Source of the DNA: the human T2T-CHM13v2.0 reference genome, Homo sapiens
Assembly: GCF_009914755.1 (NCBI RefSeq)
Contig: NC_060930.1
Length of the DNA stretch: 64,000 nt
Strand: one strand, 5' to 3'
The notes beneath the pieces were generated by a model. The model was not told the DNA's origin, did not search any database, and was given only the letters and a program-made list of their open reading frames with translations. The position numbers and the translations under genes were made by a program. Positions within the stretch are counted from its first letter, which is position 1, and every line of letters begins with the position of its first letter. Positions 25,151-43,452 of this stretch are shown piece by piece.

Positions 25151-25278
25151 AAAAAACCATTTTCTTAGAGAAGTAGCTTATCTCAGCCGGGCATGGTGGC
25201 TCATGCCTATAATCCCAGCACTTTGGGAGGCCAAGGTGGGCAGATCATGAGGTCAGGAGTTCGAGACCAGCCTGGCTA

Positions 25279-25928
<650 letters not shown>

Positions 25929-26154
25929 TAAACTACTAGACAGAATGTTGTAGTTAATATGCAAGACACTCCATTTATCTTAGCTTCAGTTTCCTCCTAT
26001 GTAAAAGGGAACACCTACCCAACCCATCTCATGAAATGAGTGTTGAATGAGATGATGTACACAAAAGCTTTTTGTAAATTGTAAGAGGCTACATAAATGT
26101 AAGTTGTTAGTATAATATAATCTGGGTATTATAACATGATTCTGATTTTGTTGA

Positions 26155-26328
<174 letters not shown>

Positions 26329-27145
26329 TAGGCAGGAGAATAGAAACAAGTTATAGATAAAGATACAGTGCTTTAATTTTTTAAACCTGGGGTTATAATG
26401 GCCATATAACTAATGTTTTATTTAGTAATAAGAAACTTCCAGCATGGGCAACACAGCAAGACCCCATCTCTACAAAAATACAAAAATTAGCTGGGCATGG
26501 TGGCATGCACCTGCAGCGCCAGCTACTCGGGAGGCTGAGGTGGCAGATACCTGAGCCCAAGACACTGAGGCTGCAGTGAGCCATGATTGCACGACTGCAC
26601 TCCAGCCTGGGCAACAGAGTGAGACCCTGTCTCAAAAAAAAAAGAAACTTGACCTCAGATTTTTTTCTTGTGTTTCTAAGACAGATGTTGGTATGTTTGT
26701 ATGAGAGATGATAAAGCTTAACTTTAACTAAATAACTGGAAGTCAAGAATTGGTTTGATTGGAACTATTCTCTAGTCCCAACCATGTGATAAAGCATCAG
26801 AGCAAACTATGCAAGATAGTACACGTGTATGGCTTAAAGGAAACCATACTAGATTAAAACATAACTCATATTTGTGATTTTCAAGTCACTACTTGGAGTC
26901 CTCCCTAGGAGTTCCATAGTGTTGCCTTGGGAACTAATGGGAGAAAGAGGGGAGCCAAAAAATGCCCCCACCACGTGCTTCAGACTAATTGTGAGAGGGT
27001 ATATGCATGTTCCTTTGTGTAAACAAATAAACTTTTAATTTACTATATAGTAATTAGTATTGGGCTTCTAATAAATGTTTAAAGACTGATAAACTGTACT
27101 TACTGATTCTGAAATACACTTTTCTCCACATTTTAACATCTCTAA

Positions 27146-27430
<285 letters not shown>

Positions 27431-27728
27431 TGAGCCACCGTGCCTGGCCAGTTGCATCTTTACTATCTCAAAAATTGATGGTGTGTCACAGTTTAATGGA
27501 CATTTTTTTTTTAGTAGTGTTTCATAAAATAAAGGGGCATATTACAAAAATATAGACTGTAGAAAAATTTGAAAAAAACTATTTTTACAGGGAGGAGTAA
27601 TTTCATTAATATAAGATGGTATTCTTAGCAACAGTCATCATGGAAACCAGGAAAATAAGCCTTAAATTTTATGACTTTGTCCCTTCCTATTGATTTCAGG
27701 TTATGTTTGTATGGATAATCATAGGCTA

Positions 27729-28130
<402 letters not shown>

Positions 28131-28996
28131 CATAGGAGTTCAGAACTCCTTGCCCACAATTCTATAATACAAAAGGCTCTGGCAGAAGTTTGCCACAAGC
28201 TCATTTGGTAGCAAAACTGAGCTCAGCTCAGAAGAGGCTATATGGTCTTTATACTGTTCAGAGTGAATATTCATACATTTCACTGTAAAAATACACTGCA
28301 GAAATATTAATAGGATTAAAAATGTGGGGCGCTGCCCCACACACTGCTGAGGCTGTTACATTAGGTACCGCCTCAAGGATTAGATATATCTTATTACAAA
28401 AACATATGGCTTCAAGGATTTCATTTCATTTTATTTTTTTGAGAGAGGGGCTTACTCTGTCACCCAGGCTGGAGTGCAGTGGCATAATCACAGCTCACTG
28501 CATTCTCGACCTCCCAGGCTCAAGTGATCCTCCCACCTTTGTTTTCTGAGAGGCTAGTACTACAAGTGTGCACCACCATCCTAAGCTAATTTTTGTTTAT
28601 TTTCTGTAGAGACAGAGTCCCACTATTTTTCCCAGGCTGGCCTCAAGAATTTCAAATAAGGGACTGTGGACCTGTATTTGAAGAAAGGAACTTGATTACA
28701 GTTTTTCTTAGTTTAATGGGACAAAAAAGTAGATACTCTAACATCTATTAGTTATGTAATCTTGCACAAGCTATTTTAACATTTCTGTGCCTCAGTTTCC
28801 CATTTGTAAAATGAAGACATAAATAATAATATTTCCTTTATCTACTTTACAAGGAAATATGTTAAGATAATACATCAAAATAATAATTAAGAAAATATTG
28901 TATAAACTATACTATACAGATTGTTATTTGGAGGAAAATAGATTTGATTTGACATAGCATAGCTCACTTAGTTTCTCTTGTGGTATTGATTTTTAG

Positions 28997-29158
<162 letters not shown>

Positions 29159-29439
29159 CTTTCAATTCATAAAAGATTTTTAAAGAGCATATAAATAATT
29201 TGATCAATACAACAGTATAGATAAAAGAATTATTTAGCACATGTTAAAATAGCTTTATTAGGTTACTATGGGTTTGCCATTAATTTCTGAGTGGGACAGA
29301 AATTATAATTGTGCTTTTTCGTGTATATGAAAAAACTAGTCGTAAACAATTTGTACTCTTTCTTTAAGGAGCTGTAATACAAATAACTTTGTGCAGTGTT
29401 CATCAAAGAGAGAGACAGTGAACCTAAAACTGAACCTGG

Positions 29440-29505
29440 AATAAAACTCAACATGCAGATTTGCCTACTCATAGGGACTTTGCCTATTAAGTCTACCAAA
29501 TTAAA
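29440..29505 (+). terminator. MTO1: MTO1 proximal poly(A) signals (AATAAA 29440-29445; ATTAAA 29500-29505)
   Basis: Canonical hexamers about 280-350 nt after the stop codon, followed by GT/T-rich sequence (cgtgttttg, tcttttgcttgg). Confidence 0.6.
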
Positions 29506-30665
29506 AGTCTTATCATTCAGCGTGTTTTGAGAGTTAATAATCTTTTGCTTGGTTATACTAGGCTAGGAAGCAATATCAAAGCCCTTAAATTCTCAAGACT
29601 AAAGACTTGAGATTATATAAAATTATCCAGAATCATTCAGCTAATACTATTGGAATATAGTATGTAGGGTGAAAGTTGACAGAAATCTGTACTTCTTCAG
29701 GAAATCCTCACTGGTAATTGTTTTGAACATTAATGAAAGCCCTATAAAATAGAAAGATTGGAAATCACCATTGTTTCCTATTATCCACAGTGTGGATGGA
29801 TACTTATTTGGTGACCTAGTTATGGGAGAATTGAGTAACGTTAGTTATTTTATATCATACCATAAAAATATTTTCTTAAGAAATTGTCATGGCCATCATT
29901 TCTTAATAATGAAGACAGGTCCATAGTAACTGGTGAGTGGTGTTTCCCTGTTTTTAAGTCAGAATGACAGAAAAAACAGAATAGTGGTAGTACCCCTCTT
30001 CCTCTCCAGTACTTCAATGGTATGTCTTCACAGGGGTTAGAGTGGGATAATCAGCTGGGCCTTTTGACTCAGATACCTCAGATACCTCAACCATTCTAAA
30101 TAGACTAAGGGATGAATACAGCCAAATGGGCCAGACAGCCCTGCTTGTCTCTGGAATTCCAACCCAGATCTCTGGTGTCAGCCTAGGGAGAAGCTCCCGT
30201 GTCACCTTCGGGCCAAAGCAGGTACTCAGGAGAGTTCTAAGGGCCCCAAAGTCACTTTGGCTACAGATGTGTATGTTAAGCCTGATTATGGGTGTGAGGC
30301 AACCAAGTATCTTGTTACTATAATTGCATATGGCCACTTGGAGGTAGCTTAGTTTTCTTGGGTTTATTTTATCTAATTTTAGTCTTTCCAGAAAGCAGTA
30401 AGATTAGTAGCAAGTAAAAAGTATTTGTAGTGCTGGATAATTTAGGAATGATGAATATTTTTTAATACTTGATTCAGTGATTTCAAAAGGTCGTAACTTT
30501 TAGTCATAGCTACTCCTGGGCAAAATTCTTCTTACAGAGACAATATTAATTACAATACCACATTGTGTATATATTTTGAAAAGAGGCTGGTTGCAGCAGC
30601 TCACGCCTGTAATCCCAGCACTTTGGGAGGCTGAGGCGGGTGGATAACCTGAAGTCAGGAGTTCA

Positions 30666-30905
<240 letters not shown>

Positions 30906-31698
30906 CTACCCGTTCAGCAAAATAATGAAATTCATTGTTTCTAAACTTTTTTTTCTGATTAAATACAAGAGTAAAAAAAGTGAATGGAGTGCCTTTTGAA
31001 TAGAATATAACAAAAATTTATCTTAAAGAAACGGGAAGTAACCTGGCACAGTGGCTCACGCCTGTAATCCCAGCACTTTGGGAGGCTGAGGCAGGTGGAT
31101 CACGAGGTCAGGAGATCGAGACCATCCTGCCCAACATGGTGAAACCCCATCTCTACTAAAAATACAAAAATTAGCTAGGTGTGTTGGCACGTGCCTGTAG
31201 TCCCAACTACTCAGGAGGCTGAGGCAAGAGAATCACTTGAACTCAGGAGGCAGAGGTTGCAGTGAGCCAAGATCATGCCACTGCACTCCAGCCTGGCAAC
31301 AGAGTGAGACTCTGTCTCAAAAAAAAAAAAAGAAACAGGAAGTTCAAATATTTTGGGAGGTTCTTGACAGCTACAATTTGGGGCTAGTGACACTATACAC
31401 ATATAAAGAAACTTTAAAGTTTCTTAGTAATGAAGGTTTGTAATGCTATTCCATTACAATAGTAACTGTCTCACTGAAAAATGTTTCATGGAAAATACAT
31501 ATTTTAGATTCTATGATTTGCTTTAGAATGTGAATTTCTTTATTTTTTAGAGACAGGGTCTCACTCTGTTGCCCAGGCTGTAGTGCAGTGGTACAATCAT
31601 AGCTCACTGCAGCCTTGATCTCCTGGGCTCAAGTGATCCTTATGCCTCAGCCTCCCAAGTGGCTGGGACTACAGGCACATGCCACCATGCCTGGCTAA

Positions 31699-31956
<258 letters not shown>

Positions 31957-32573
31957 TAGGAAGAAATCAGCTAAAAATGTAACCTTACTCAATGTAGTTA
32001 CTTCATAGAAATCCCATCACTGACAATAATCAGCTGCCAACGAAAGCTGGCCATACTTGTGACTTCCTCTATTCACCACAGACCAGACTGCCTACCAGTT
32101 GAAAAAGCCAGGTATTTTTTCAATTCAATTCAACAGGAACACCAAAAAATAAGAAATGACTAAGAAACACTAAGCATTTGTAAAATTACTGGGGGAGGAA
32201 GGATGAAGATACGAACCTATGCTAAATTAAACGATTATGGCCTTGAAAATGAAGTTCCTTTATAGCCAAGAGCTTAAATTTTGTTACTGATGGTTTTAAA
32301 AGTATTTTGTCATTTTTTAGTTTCAACCTAGATTGGAATAGCCATGGCTTTTCTACTTCAGAAATTTCAACTCCTAGAAGAATGCCCTGTCCAGAAGAAG
32401 TGGTCAGGAGTATCAGGAAAGCCACCAGCAGAGACTAGGGGTTTATTCTGATCTGGAAGAGCCACTTAACACTGGAATGCACACAGTGAAAATTAATTGT
32501 TCCTCTTACACTCCCTCTCCACAATACTTCTATTATTACACTTACTTCGTTCTACCTTAATGTTTTTATTTAG

Positions 32574-32735
<162 letters not shown>

Positions 32736-33145
32736 TAGATATGGGGTCTTACTATGTTGCCCAGGCTGGTCTCAAAGTCCTGGGCTCAATTAATCCTCCC
32801 TCTTCAGCCTCCTGTGTAGGTGATAGTACAGGCATGAGCCACCATGTGCCTGGCCCTACCTTAATGTTAATATCTGTCTACCTTAAGAAGATATAAGCCT
32901 TGTAAATATAAGCAATATCACAGTTGTAGATACTCGTGCTTTTTAAATAGATTAATGAATACTACTAAAGGCAAGAAATGGTATTACTAAAACTCAAGTG
33001 AATAATTAAATGAGATCAAAATATTTGTGACAGGCCAGGCACGGTGGCTTACGCCTGTAATCCCAGCACTTTGGGAGGCCAGGCGGATCACTTGAGCTCA
33101 GCAGTTCAAGACCAGCCTGGGCAACATGGCGAAACTCCGTCTTTA

Positions 33146-33331
<186 letters not shown>

Positions 33332-33500
33332 TCACATCTGTAATCCCAGCATTTTGGGATTACAAATCTGCCAGCGCAAGCAGATCACTTGAGGATAGGA
33401 GTTTGAGACCAGCCTGACCAACATGTTGAAACCCCATCTCTTATTAAAATACAAAAATTAGCTGGGCGTGGTGGCATGCGCCTGTAATCCGAGCTACTCA

Positions 33501-33602
<102 letters not shown>

Positions 33603-33619
33603 TCAAAAAAAAAAAATTT

Positions 33620-34385
33620 GTACAGTCATGTTCAAAGTAGCATTAATTCACAATAGCCAAAAGCTGGAAGTAGCCCAAGTATCCACCAATGAATGAAAGG
33701 ATAAACAAAATGTGGCATATACATACAATGGAATATTATACAGCCTTAAAAAGGAAGGAAATTCATATACATGCTACAGCATGGATAAACCTTGAAAAAG
33801 TTATGCTAACTGAAATCAGCCAGTCACAAAAAGACAAATACTGTATGATTCCCTTTATAAGAGTTACCTGGAGCACTCAAATTCATAGAGACAGTAAAAT
33901 GATGGTTACCAGGGGATGGGGGAGGGAGAAACAGGAAACTATTCTTTAGTGAGTACAGAATTTCAGTTTTTTTGTTTTGTTTTTGAGATGGAGCCTCACA
34001 CTGTCACCCAGGCTGGAGTGCAATGGTGTGATCTTGGTTCACTGCAACCTCTGCCTCCTAGGTTCAAATGATTCTTCTGCCTCAGTCTCCTGAGTCTGGG
34101 ATTACAGGCGCCTGCCATCATGCCCAGCTAATTTTTGTATTTTTAATAGAGACAGGGTTTCACAGGTTGGCCAAGCTAGTCTCGAACTCCTGACCTCATG
34201 ATCCGCCCACCTCGACCTCCCAAAGTGCTGGGATTACAGGGGTGAGCCACCATGCCCAGTCCAGAATTTCAAGTTTTGCAAGATGAAAAGAGTTCTGGAG
34301 ATGGTTGATGGTGATGGTTGCACAACAATTTGAATATTTTAAATGCCAATGAACTGTTCATTTACAAATGGTTACGATGGAATTT
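33620..34385 (+). mobile_element. L1M 3' fragment (ORF2 end + 3'UTR) interrupted by an Alu
   Basis: ORF 33689-33949 resembles the L1 ORF2 C-terminus (KMWHIHTMEYY...KDKYCMI). Confidence 0.8.
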
Positions 34386-34714
34386 TTCTTTTTCTTTTTT
34401 TTTTCTTGAGACGGAGTCTCGCTCTGTCACTCAGGCTAGAGTGCAGTGGCACTATCTCGGCTCACTGCAACCTCCTCCTGCTGGGTTAAAGTGATTCTCT
34501 TGCCTCAGCCTCCCGAGCAGCTGAGACTACAGGCGCGTGCCACCATGCTCAGCTAATTTTTTCTATTTTTAGTGGAGACAGGGTTTCACCATGTTAGCCA
34601 GATGGTCTCGATCTCCTGACCTCGTGATCCACCTCCCTCAGCCTCTCAAAGTGCTGGGATTACAGGCATGAGCCACCGTGCACAGCCAAGATGGAAATTT
34701 TTATGTTCTTTGTT

Positions 34715-35081
34715 TGATATGGTTTGGCTGTGTCCCCACCCAAATCTCAACTTGAACTGTATCTCTCAGAATTCCCACATGTTGTGGGAGGGACCCACAG
34801 GGAGGTAATTGAATCACAAGGGCCGGTTTTTACCATGCTTTCTTGTGATAGTGAATAAGTCTCACAAGATCTGATGGGTTTATCAGGGATTTCCGATTTT
34901 GCTTCTTCCTCATTTTCTCTTGCCACTCCCATGTAAGAAGTGCCTTTCGCCTCCCGCCAAGATTCTGAGGCTTCCTCAGCCATGTGGAACTTTGGGGACG
35001 AAAAGAGGTTTAATTGGACTTAAAGTTCCAATTAAAGTTTCAGGTATGTCTTTATCAGCAGCATGAAAATGAACTAATACA
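34715..35081 (+). mobile_element. THE1 (THE1A-like) solo LTR
   Basis: TGATATGGTTTGGCTGTGTCCCCACCCAAATCTC...GAACTAATACA; near-TSD TTGTT/GTGTT. Confidence 0.9.
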
Positions 35082-35117
35082 GTGTTTTATCACTTTTTTT
35101 TTTTTTTTTTTTTTTGA

Positions 35118-35222
<105 letters not shown>

Positions 35223-36801
35223 TGAGTAGCTGGGATTACAGGCTTGTGCCACCACACCCGGCTAATTTTTGTATTTTTAGTAGAGACAGAGTTTCACCAT
35301 GTTGGCCAGGCTAGTCTTGAACTCCTGACCTCAGGTGATCCACCTGCCTCGGCCTCCCAAAGTGCTGGGATTACAGACTGGGATTATAGATGTGAGCCAC
35401 CGCACCCGGCAATACCCTATGCTTTTATGCCAAAGAGAAAGCATGTAATTATTTTGACCTAGGCCTTAATTTTGACTGTCACTGACCAAAATCAACATTT
35501 TCCAAACTGCTGGCTGCAATTCATTAGTAAGTCATGAAATTTTTTGTCATGGGTAGTAAATACTATCCTTGGAAATTTTTGTTGCATTATTATTATTTTT
35601 TTTTCCTCTTTGAGACAGGGTCTTGGTCTGTCACCCAGGTTGGAGCACAGTGGCATGATCATAGCCCACGGTAACCTTGAACTCCTGGCCTGAAGCAATC
35701 CTCCCACTCAGCCTCCCAAAGCGATGGGATTACAGGCATGAGCCACCATGCCCAGCTTGTTTCAGTAACTCACACGCAAATTATATTCACCAATTTTTTT
35801 TTTTTTTGAGATGGCGTCTTGCTCTATCACCCAGGCTGGAGTACAGTATTGCGGTCTTAGCTCACTGCAACCTCAGCCTCCCAGGTTCAAGCAATTCTGC
35901 CTCAGCCTCCTGAGTAGGTGGGATTACAGGCGCACGGCTGTAATCCACCATGCCCGGATAATTTTTGTATTTTTAGTAGAGATGGGGTTTCACAAAGTTG
36001 GCCAGGCTGGTCTCGAACTTCTGACCTCAGGTGATCCACCCACCTTGGCTTCCCAAAGTGGGTGGATGACCTCTGGGATTACAGGCGTGCGCCACCGCGC
36101 TCGGTCTATATTCACCAATTTTAAGATGCACATCTTTCCATATTTTAGTATCTCTAAGTTGGAGTATGTCTTACAATTAATGGCATCTGACAGTTATAAC
36201 TGGCAGCATTTGTGACTGAAAAACATCTTAGATGCAATGAAATACAGTGTGTGTGTTTGTATTGTGCTGCAATATAAAATGTATTTCAGGCCAGGTATGG
36301 TGGTTCACACCTGTAATCCCAGCACGTTGGAAGGCCAAAGTGGGAGGATCACTTGAGCCCAGGAGTTCAAGGCTGCAGTGAGCTCTGATTATACCACTGT
36401 ACTCCAGCCTAGGCAACAGAGCAAGACCCAGTCTCTAAAAAATAAATGAAAATGTTTCTTATTGTGGATCACAGTCAAAAGTTTGAAAAAACACAATCTG
36501 TTTGAACAGCACTACTTTCTGACAGGAAAACCCCAACAGGTTAGGATCTGTGTATTCCTCAGAGTAAGAATTTTTCTAAAAAGTTTTTAAAAACTTAAAG
36601 TCTTACTGATCTCTTCCTATGCTCCAATTTTATAGATATAACTTAGCCTTGCGAGGTGATATAATTAAAGTCTAACTTCAAGTTGCTGTTGAGCATAGAT
36701 CTCAGGTCTTCTGACTTCACAACACCTTTCTGCCACTTTCAGTGGATTTTTCCCTCCTAGGGACCAGAGGTCCTCTACTGGATTAAAAGTTTCTCCATCC
36801 C

Positions 36802-37186
<385 letters not shown>

Positions 37187-38314
37187 TTAAGCATTTATGG
37201 AGGTGCCATGCTTAATTAGCCATTATGGCACTCACTCTATTTCAAAGGTTATCCCAGAATTTGGAGGCTGTAGGGGAATTCAGAGTGTGAATTTCACTTG
37301 AACAGCACCCTCTGCAGACTTAAAATATTCCTCCTATATCTGAAGACAATAATAATTTCTTAGAATTTGCTAGGCTAAACAACTATTTTTTAGTCCAGTG
37401 GCTTGTAATTAAGTCATTTTTAGTCTTTAATTATGTTGGTTGCTTTTAGAATTCTCTTTTAGAGTTGGTCTACATCCTTTTAAAACATGGGCAATCCAAA
37501 TTTATAACAGTAAATTAAGATACATAAAAAAAAACACTGGCTAAATTTAAAAGGAAACACTTCTAGAATATACTGTATTTTGACACAAGACCAGACTGTG
37601 CTATGTGTATGTGGTGTTTCAAGTAATTTAAGAAAACTGTTGGAATTTTCTGTATTTCCAGTTTCACAAGAAACAACCTCAAGGAGGGCAGTTTAACTGA
37701 AAATTCAGAGGTATTATAGCTCTGAAGAAAAATACTGATGAGCAGTTATACAAAATGAGAAATTGAGTTCTAAGAAATGCATCCCTAACTTCAACATAAA
37801 GATAGCTATGAGAAAACATTCTTTGTACCCAACCATAAATGAATAAAAATCACCTCATTTCTCATCAGATGTTTACTGGGTTGCTAGTTATATATAGAAT
37901 CCTGCAAGAGGCTCAACAGGGAAGTCCAAAGAGTCAATCAAGAAGGTATGATAATGGCTAAAGATGGGGACTGTAGGTCAATGCTCCACGAGGTTCTTCT
38001 TTTGTTGCACCAATATAGCTGCACTGTTATACCCATATGGTTACAATCCAGGCCTCAGAAAATGTTGCAGATGCCCTCACCAGAAGGCTGAGAACCAGTT
38101 CCTCAGTTTGCATGCCTCCAGACAGCACTAGAAGTCAAACTCAAATTGCTTACATGGTAACTTGGTTTATCCCAACACCAACTAGGATATTCCCTCAATC
38201 ACATGATTGTACTGAAAATATAACCAAGTTTTATTTATGTTTTTCATTTGGTATTAGCCATCTGGTATTTAACCTCTGAAAACCACACAATCTTCTATAC
38301 GCTTTTTTCACTGG

Positions 38315-38320
38315 AATAAA
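38315..38320 (+). terminator. MTO1: Candidate distal MTO1 poly(A) signal (long 3'UTR end at about 38340)
   Basis: AATAAA in repeat-free sequence followed by T-rich downstream sequence. Consistent with my recollection of a long MTO1 3'UTR, but not provable from sequence alone. Confidence 0.5.
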
Positions 38321-39401
38321 TGAAACTGCTTACTTTTGACTTAAGTCTATTTCGCTTTATACGAGCAATAACCCATATTTCGGACAATGTCTCAAAAGAG
38401 ATTGTGTTAAAGGAAAATCCAGGCTGCATATTGTGCTTTTATCTGTTTTGAGTTAGCTTTAAATGTAAAGTTTGACAAAAGCAAAACTACATGAACTCTT
38501 TTAGGGAAACCATGACTGGCTAAAATAGAAACTTTTAATTCCTAATACAAAGATTATTTACTCCCACTTTGACCTTATAACTCTAAGTGGCAGAGCAAAT
38601 TACTTTTGTGTGCCCAAAAATGGCAAGTAAATTTAAAGCTATCACCTTCTTCACCTTGCTTTTATTAAACATTTGATAAAATTTTCACAATTGCCTTGTG
38701 ATTAAAATTATGAAATATGGCCTATGTTATAGTATTGTTAGGTAAATTTTCAACCACTTGGCCCACCATAATCAAGTAACAATTCTCTAGTGCAGTACCA
38801 CAGACCTCTTAGATTTACTTTGTCTAGTACTTAAAGTAAAAACACAAAAACATAAATATCAGATCTGTAAATCACAAAGTCCACATTTTTACTTATTCAT
38901 GCTAGAGAGCAGGCTCCAGATACAAAATTATCTAACGAGATGATAAGATACAGCGGTGATAAAGCAAACTCCCAACATTTGAGTTTTTAAAATTAACCAT
39001 ACAGTGGTATGGTGTCCTGAATTGGATCCTGAAACAGAAAAAAAGGCTATGGATAGAAAAATTGGTGAAATCTGAATAGTCTGGAGAGTAGTAACATAAC
39101 AATGTAGGCTGGGTGTGGTGGTTCATGCCTGTAATCCCAGCACTTTGGGAGGTGGAGGTGGGAGGACTGCTTGAGCTCAAAGTTTGAGACCAGCCTGGAC
39201 AATATAGTGAGACCTCATCTCTATTATTTTTATTAGAAAAAAAAGTGTCTTAGTTTTGACAAATGTACCATGATAATGTAAGATGTTAACATTAGGGAAT
39301 GCAAACTGGGTGAGGGTTATATGGAAACTCTTATCTTTGCAACTTTTCTGTGTATCTAAATTTATTCCAAAATAAATGTAAGAACCAGGCGTGGTGGCTC
39401 A

Positions 39402-39792
<391 letters not shown>

Positions 39793-39898
39793 TCAGGAGT
39801 TCAAGACCAGCCTGGCCAACATGGTGAAAACCTGTCTCTACTAAAAATACAAAAATTAGCCGGGCGTGGTGGCACGCTCCTGTAGTCCCAGCTACTCA

Positions 39899-40096
<198 letters not shown>

Positions 40097-40250
40097 TCAG
40101 ATGTGACTAAGGGGTATCAATTGGTGTCTTCAAGTATTGTGGCTCTCGTAGATAAGAGAATGAAAAACACAAAAAAGAAAAAAGTAAAAAGTTTTAAAAA
40201 GAGAATGAAGTAATTTAATTACACTAGAGCCTAGGTGCAATGAGAAGTTA

Positions 40251-40601
<351 letters not shown>

Positions 40602-40670
40602 TCATGGCCTGGTGTGGTGGCTCACGCCTATAATCCCAGCACTTTGGGAGGCTAAGCACGGGGTGGATCA

Positions 40671-40916
<246 letters not shown>

Positions 40917-41937
40917 CTAGTAACAGGACAATTTAGGAGAAAGTAAACTCCCCACGACTTAACTTCTCTATGCATCAGTCTGTCATCTGTAACATGGGTA
41001 CCTGCCCCCTGCCATGGCTGTTGTGAGGAATTCAGAGATGTCTTTGCCCTCCAATGTATGACATACACATCATCGAGGTAATCAAGGTCAGGCGCATGGC
41101 TCATGCCTATAATCCCAACATTTTGGAAAGCCGAAGCAGGATTGCGTGAGGCTAGGAGTTCAAGATCAGCCTAAGCAACATACCAAATCCCCTTCTCTAC
41201 CCAAAAAAAACAAAACAAAAAAGCCAGGTGTGGTGGCACCTGTAGTGCCAGCTCCTGGCGGACCTAAGGCAACAGAATCGCTTGAGCCCAGGAGTTTGAG
41301 GTTGCAGTGAGCCATAGCCATGATTGTGTCACTGCACTCTAGCCTGCACTTTAGTGAGACCTTGTCTCTAAAATAAAAAAATAAAAAATAAACAAATTAA
41401 ATATTTCAATAAATATATTCAAAGTTTATTTGAGTAGGTTAGATTCAAAGGTTTTTAAGTTTTCTTCTCAGATTTTCTGATTCTATGTGATTGTCCTGAG
41501 GCCAAATTAAGCCTTAAATACTGACATGTCTAAAAAGTAATACAAGCCGGGTGCAGTGGCTCATGCCTGTAATAGAAGCACTTTGGGAGGCCGAAGCAGG
41601 TGGATCACTTGAGGTCAGGAGTTCGAGACCAGCATGGCCAACATGGTAAAACCCCTTCTCTACTAAAAATACAAAAATTAGCTGGGTGTGGTGGTGCATG
41701 CCTGTAGTCCCAGCTACTTGGGAACCCGAGGCACAAGAAACACTTGAACTGGGGAGGTGGAGGTTGCAGTGAGCTGATATAGCATCATTGCATGCCAGCC
41801 TGGGCAACAGAGTGAGACTCTTGTCTCAAAAAAAAAAAAAGTGTCAAAACAATAAATAAAATAAAAATATATAGGGCTGGGTGTGGTGGCTCATGCCTGT
41901 AATCCCAGCACTTTGGGAGGCGAAGTCAGGTGGGTCA

Positions 41938-42201
<264 letters not shown>

Positions 42202-42216
42202 TTATATATATTATAT

Positions 42217-42308
42217 GTAGGAGTTGGGGAGAATATGAAAACATTGTGTGTGTGTATGCATATATATATTACACACACAATGTTGTCATATTCTCCCCTA
42301 ACTCCTAC
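42217..42308. repeat. Near-perfect inverted repeat (37/38-nt arms, 17-nt loop)
   Basis: GTAGGAGTT-GGGGAGAATATGAAAACATTGTGTGTGT versus the reverse complement of 42271-42308, GTAGGAGTTAGGGGAGAATATGACAACATTGTGTGTGT. Confidence 0.9.
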
Positions 42309-43266
42309 TTATCCTTCAGGTCTCAGCTATTCCTGGCAAATACCTTCTCTGGCCAGTCTAAATTATGTCCCTTTCATTTACTCTTCTCCCTCATGGTATA
42401 TTTCTCTTTTCCTTCATAGTACCATCACAACTCAAAAGTAGCTAATTTTATTTATTGAATCTCTATCTCCCCCACTAACTATAAACTCAAAGGTCAATAA
42501 CCATGTCCATTTTGTTCATAGCTCTATCCCCAGTGCCTAGAACGGTGCCTAGAACATAGTAAGCACAATATTTTATAAACAAATTACTTCACTGACCTGC
42601 AAAATATCAGTTTAACACTCAGGTAGTCTATTTGTCTTCCTCAAAAAAGTTGATCTCTTAATTACTAAATGGTTCAACCACTTTGGAAACAGCTCGGCAG
42701 TTTCTTAAAAAGCATACGCTTTGCCACTCAGCCCAGTAATCACTTTCCTAGCTATTTACACAAGTAAAATAAAAACATTATTACATACAAAACTATATGT
42801 GGACATTTATAGCAGCTTTATTAATAATTGCCCCAAACTGGAAACAACTAAATGCCCCTCAGCTGGGAATGAATACACAAACTGTCATACACCCATTAAA
42901 AAGTAAGAGATTACTGATATATACAGGCTCACGCCTGTAACCCCAGCACTTTGGGAAGCCAAGACGGGCAGACCACCTGAGGTCAGGAGTTGGAGACCAG
43001 CCTGACCAACATGGTAAAACCCGGTCTCTACTGAAAATACAAAAATTAGGCAGGTGTGGTGGTGGGCACCTGTGGTCCTAGCTACTCAGGAGGCTGAGGC
43101 AGAATTGCTTGAACCTAGGAGACGGGGTCTCACTGTTGCCGAGGCTGGAGTACATAGCACCATCATAGCTCACTGCAGCCTCAGCCTCCCAGGATGAAGC
43201 GATCCTCCTGCCTGAACCCCCCAGAGTAGCTTGGGACTACAGGTGTGTACGACCATGCCCAGCTAA

Positions 43267-43452
<186 letters not shown>

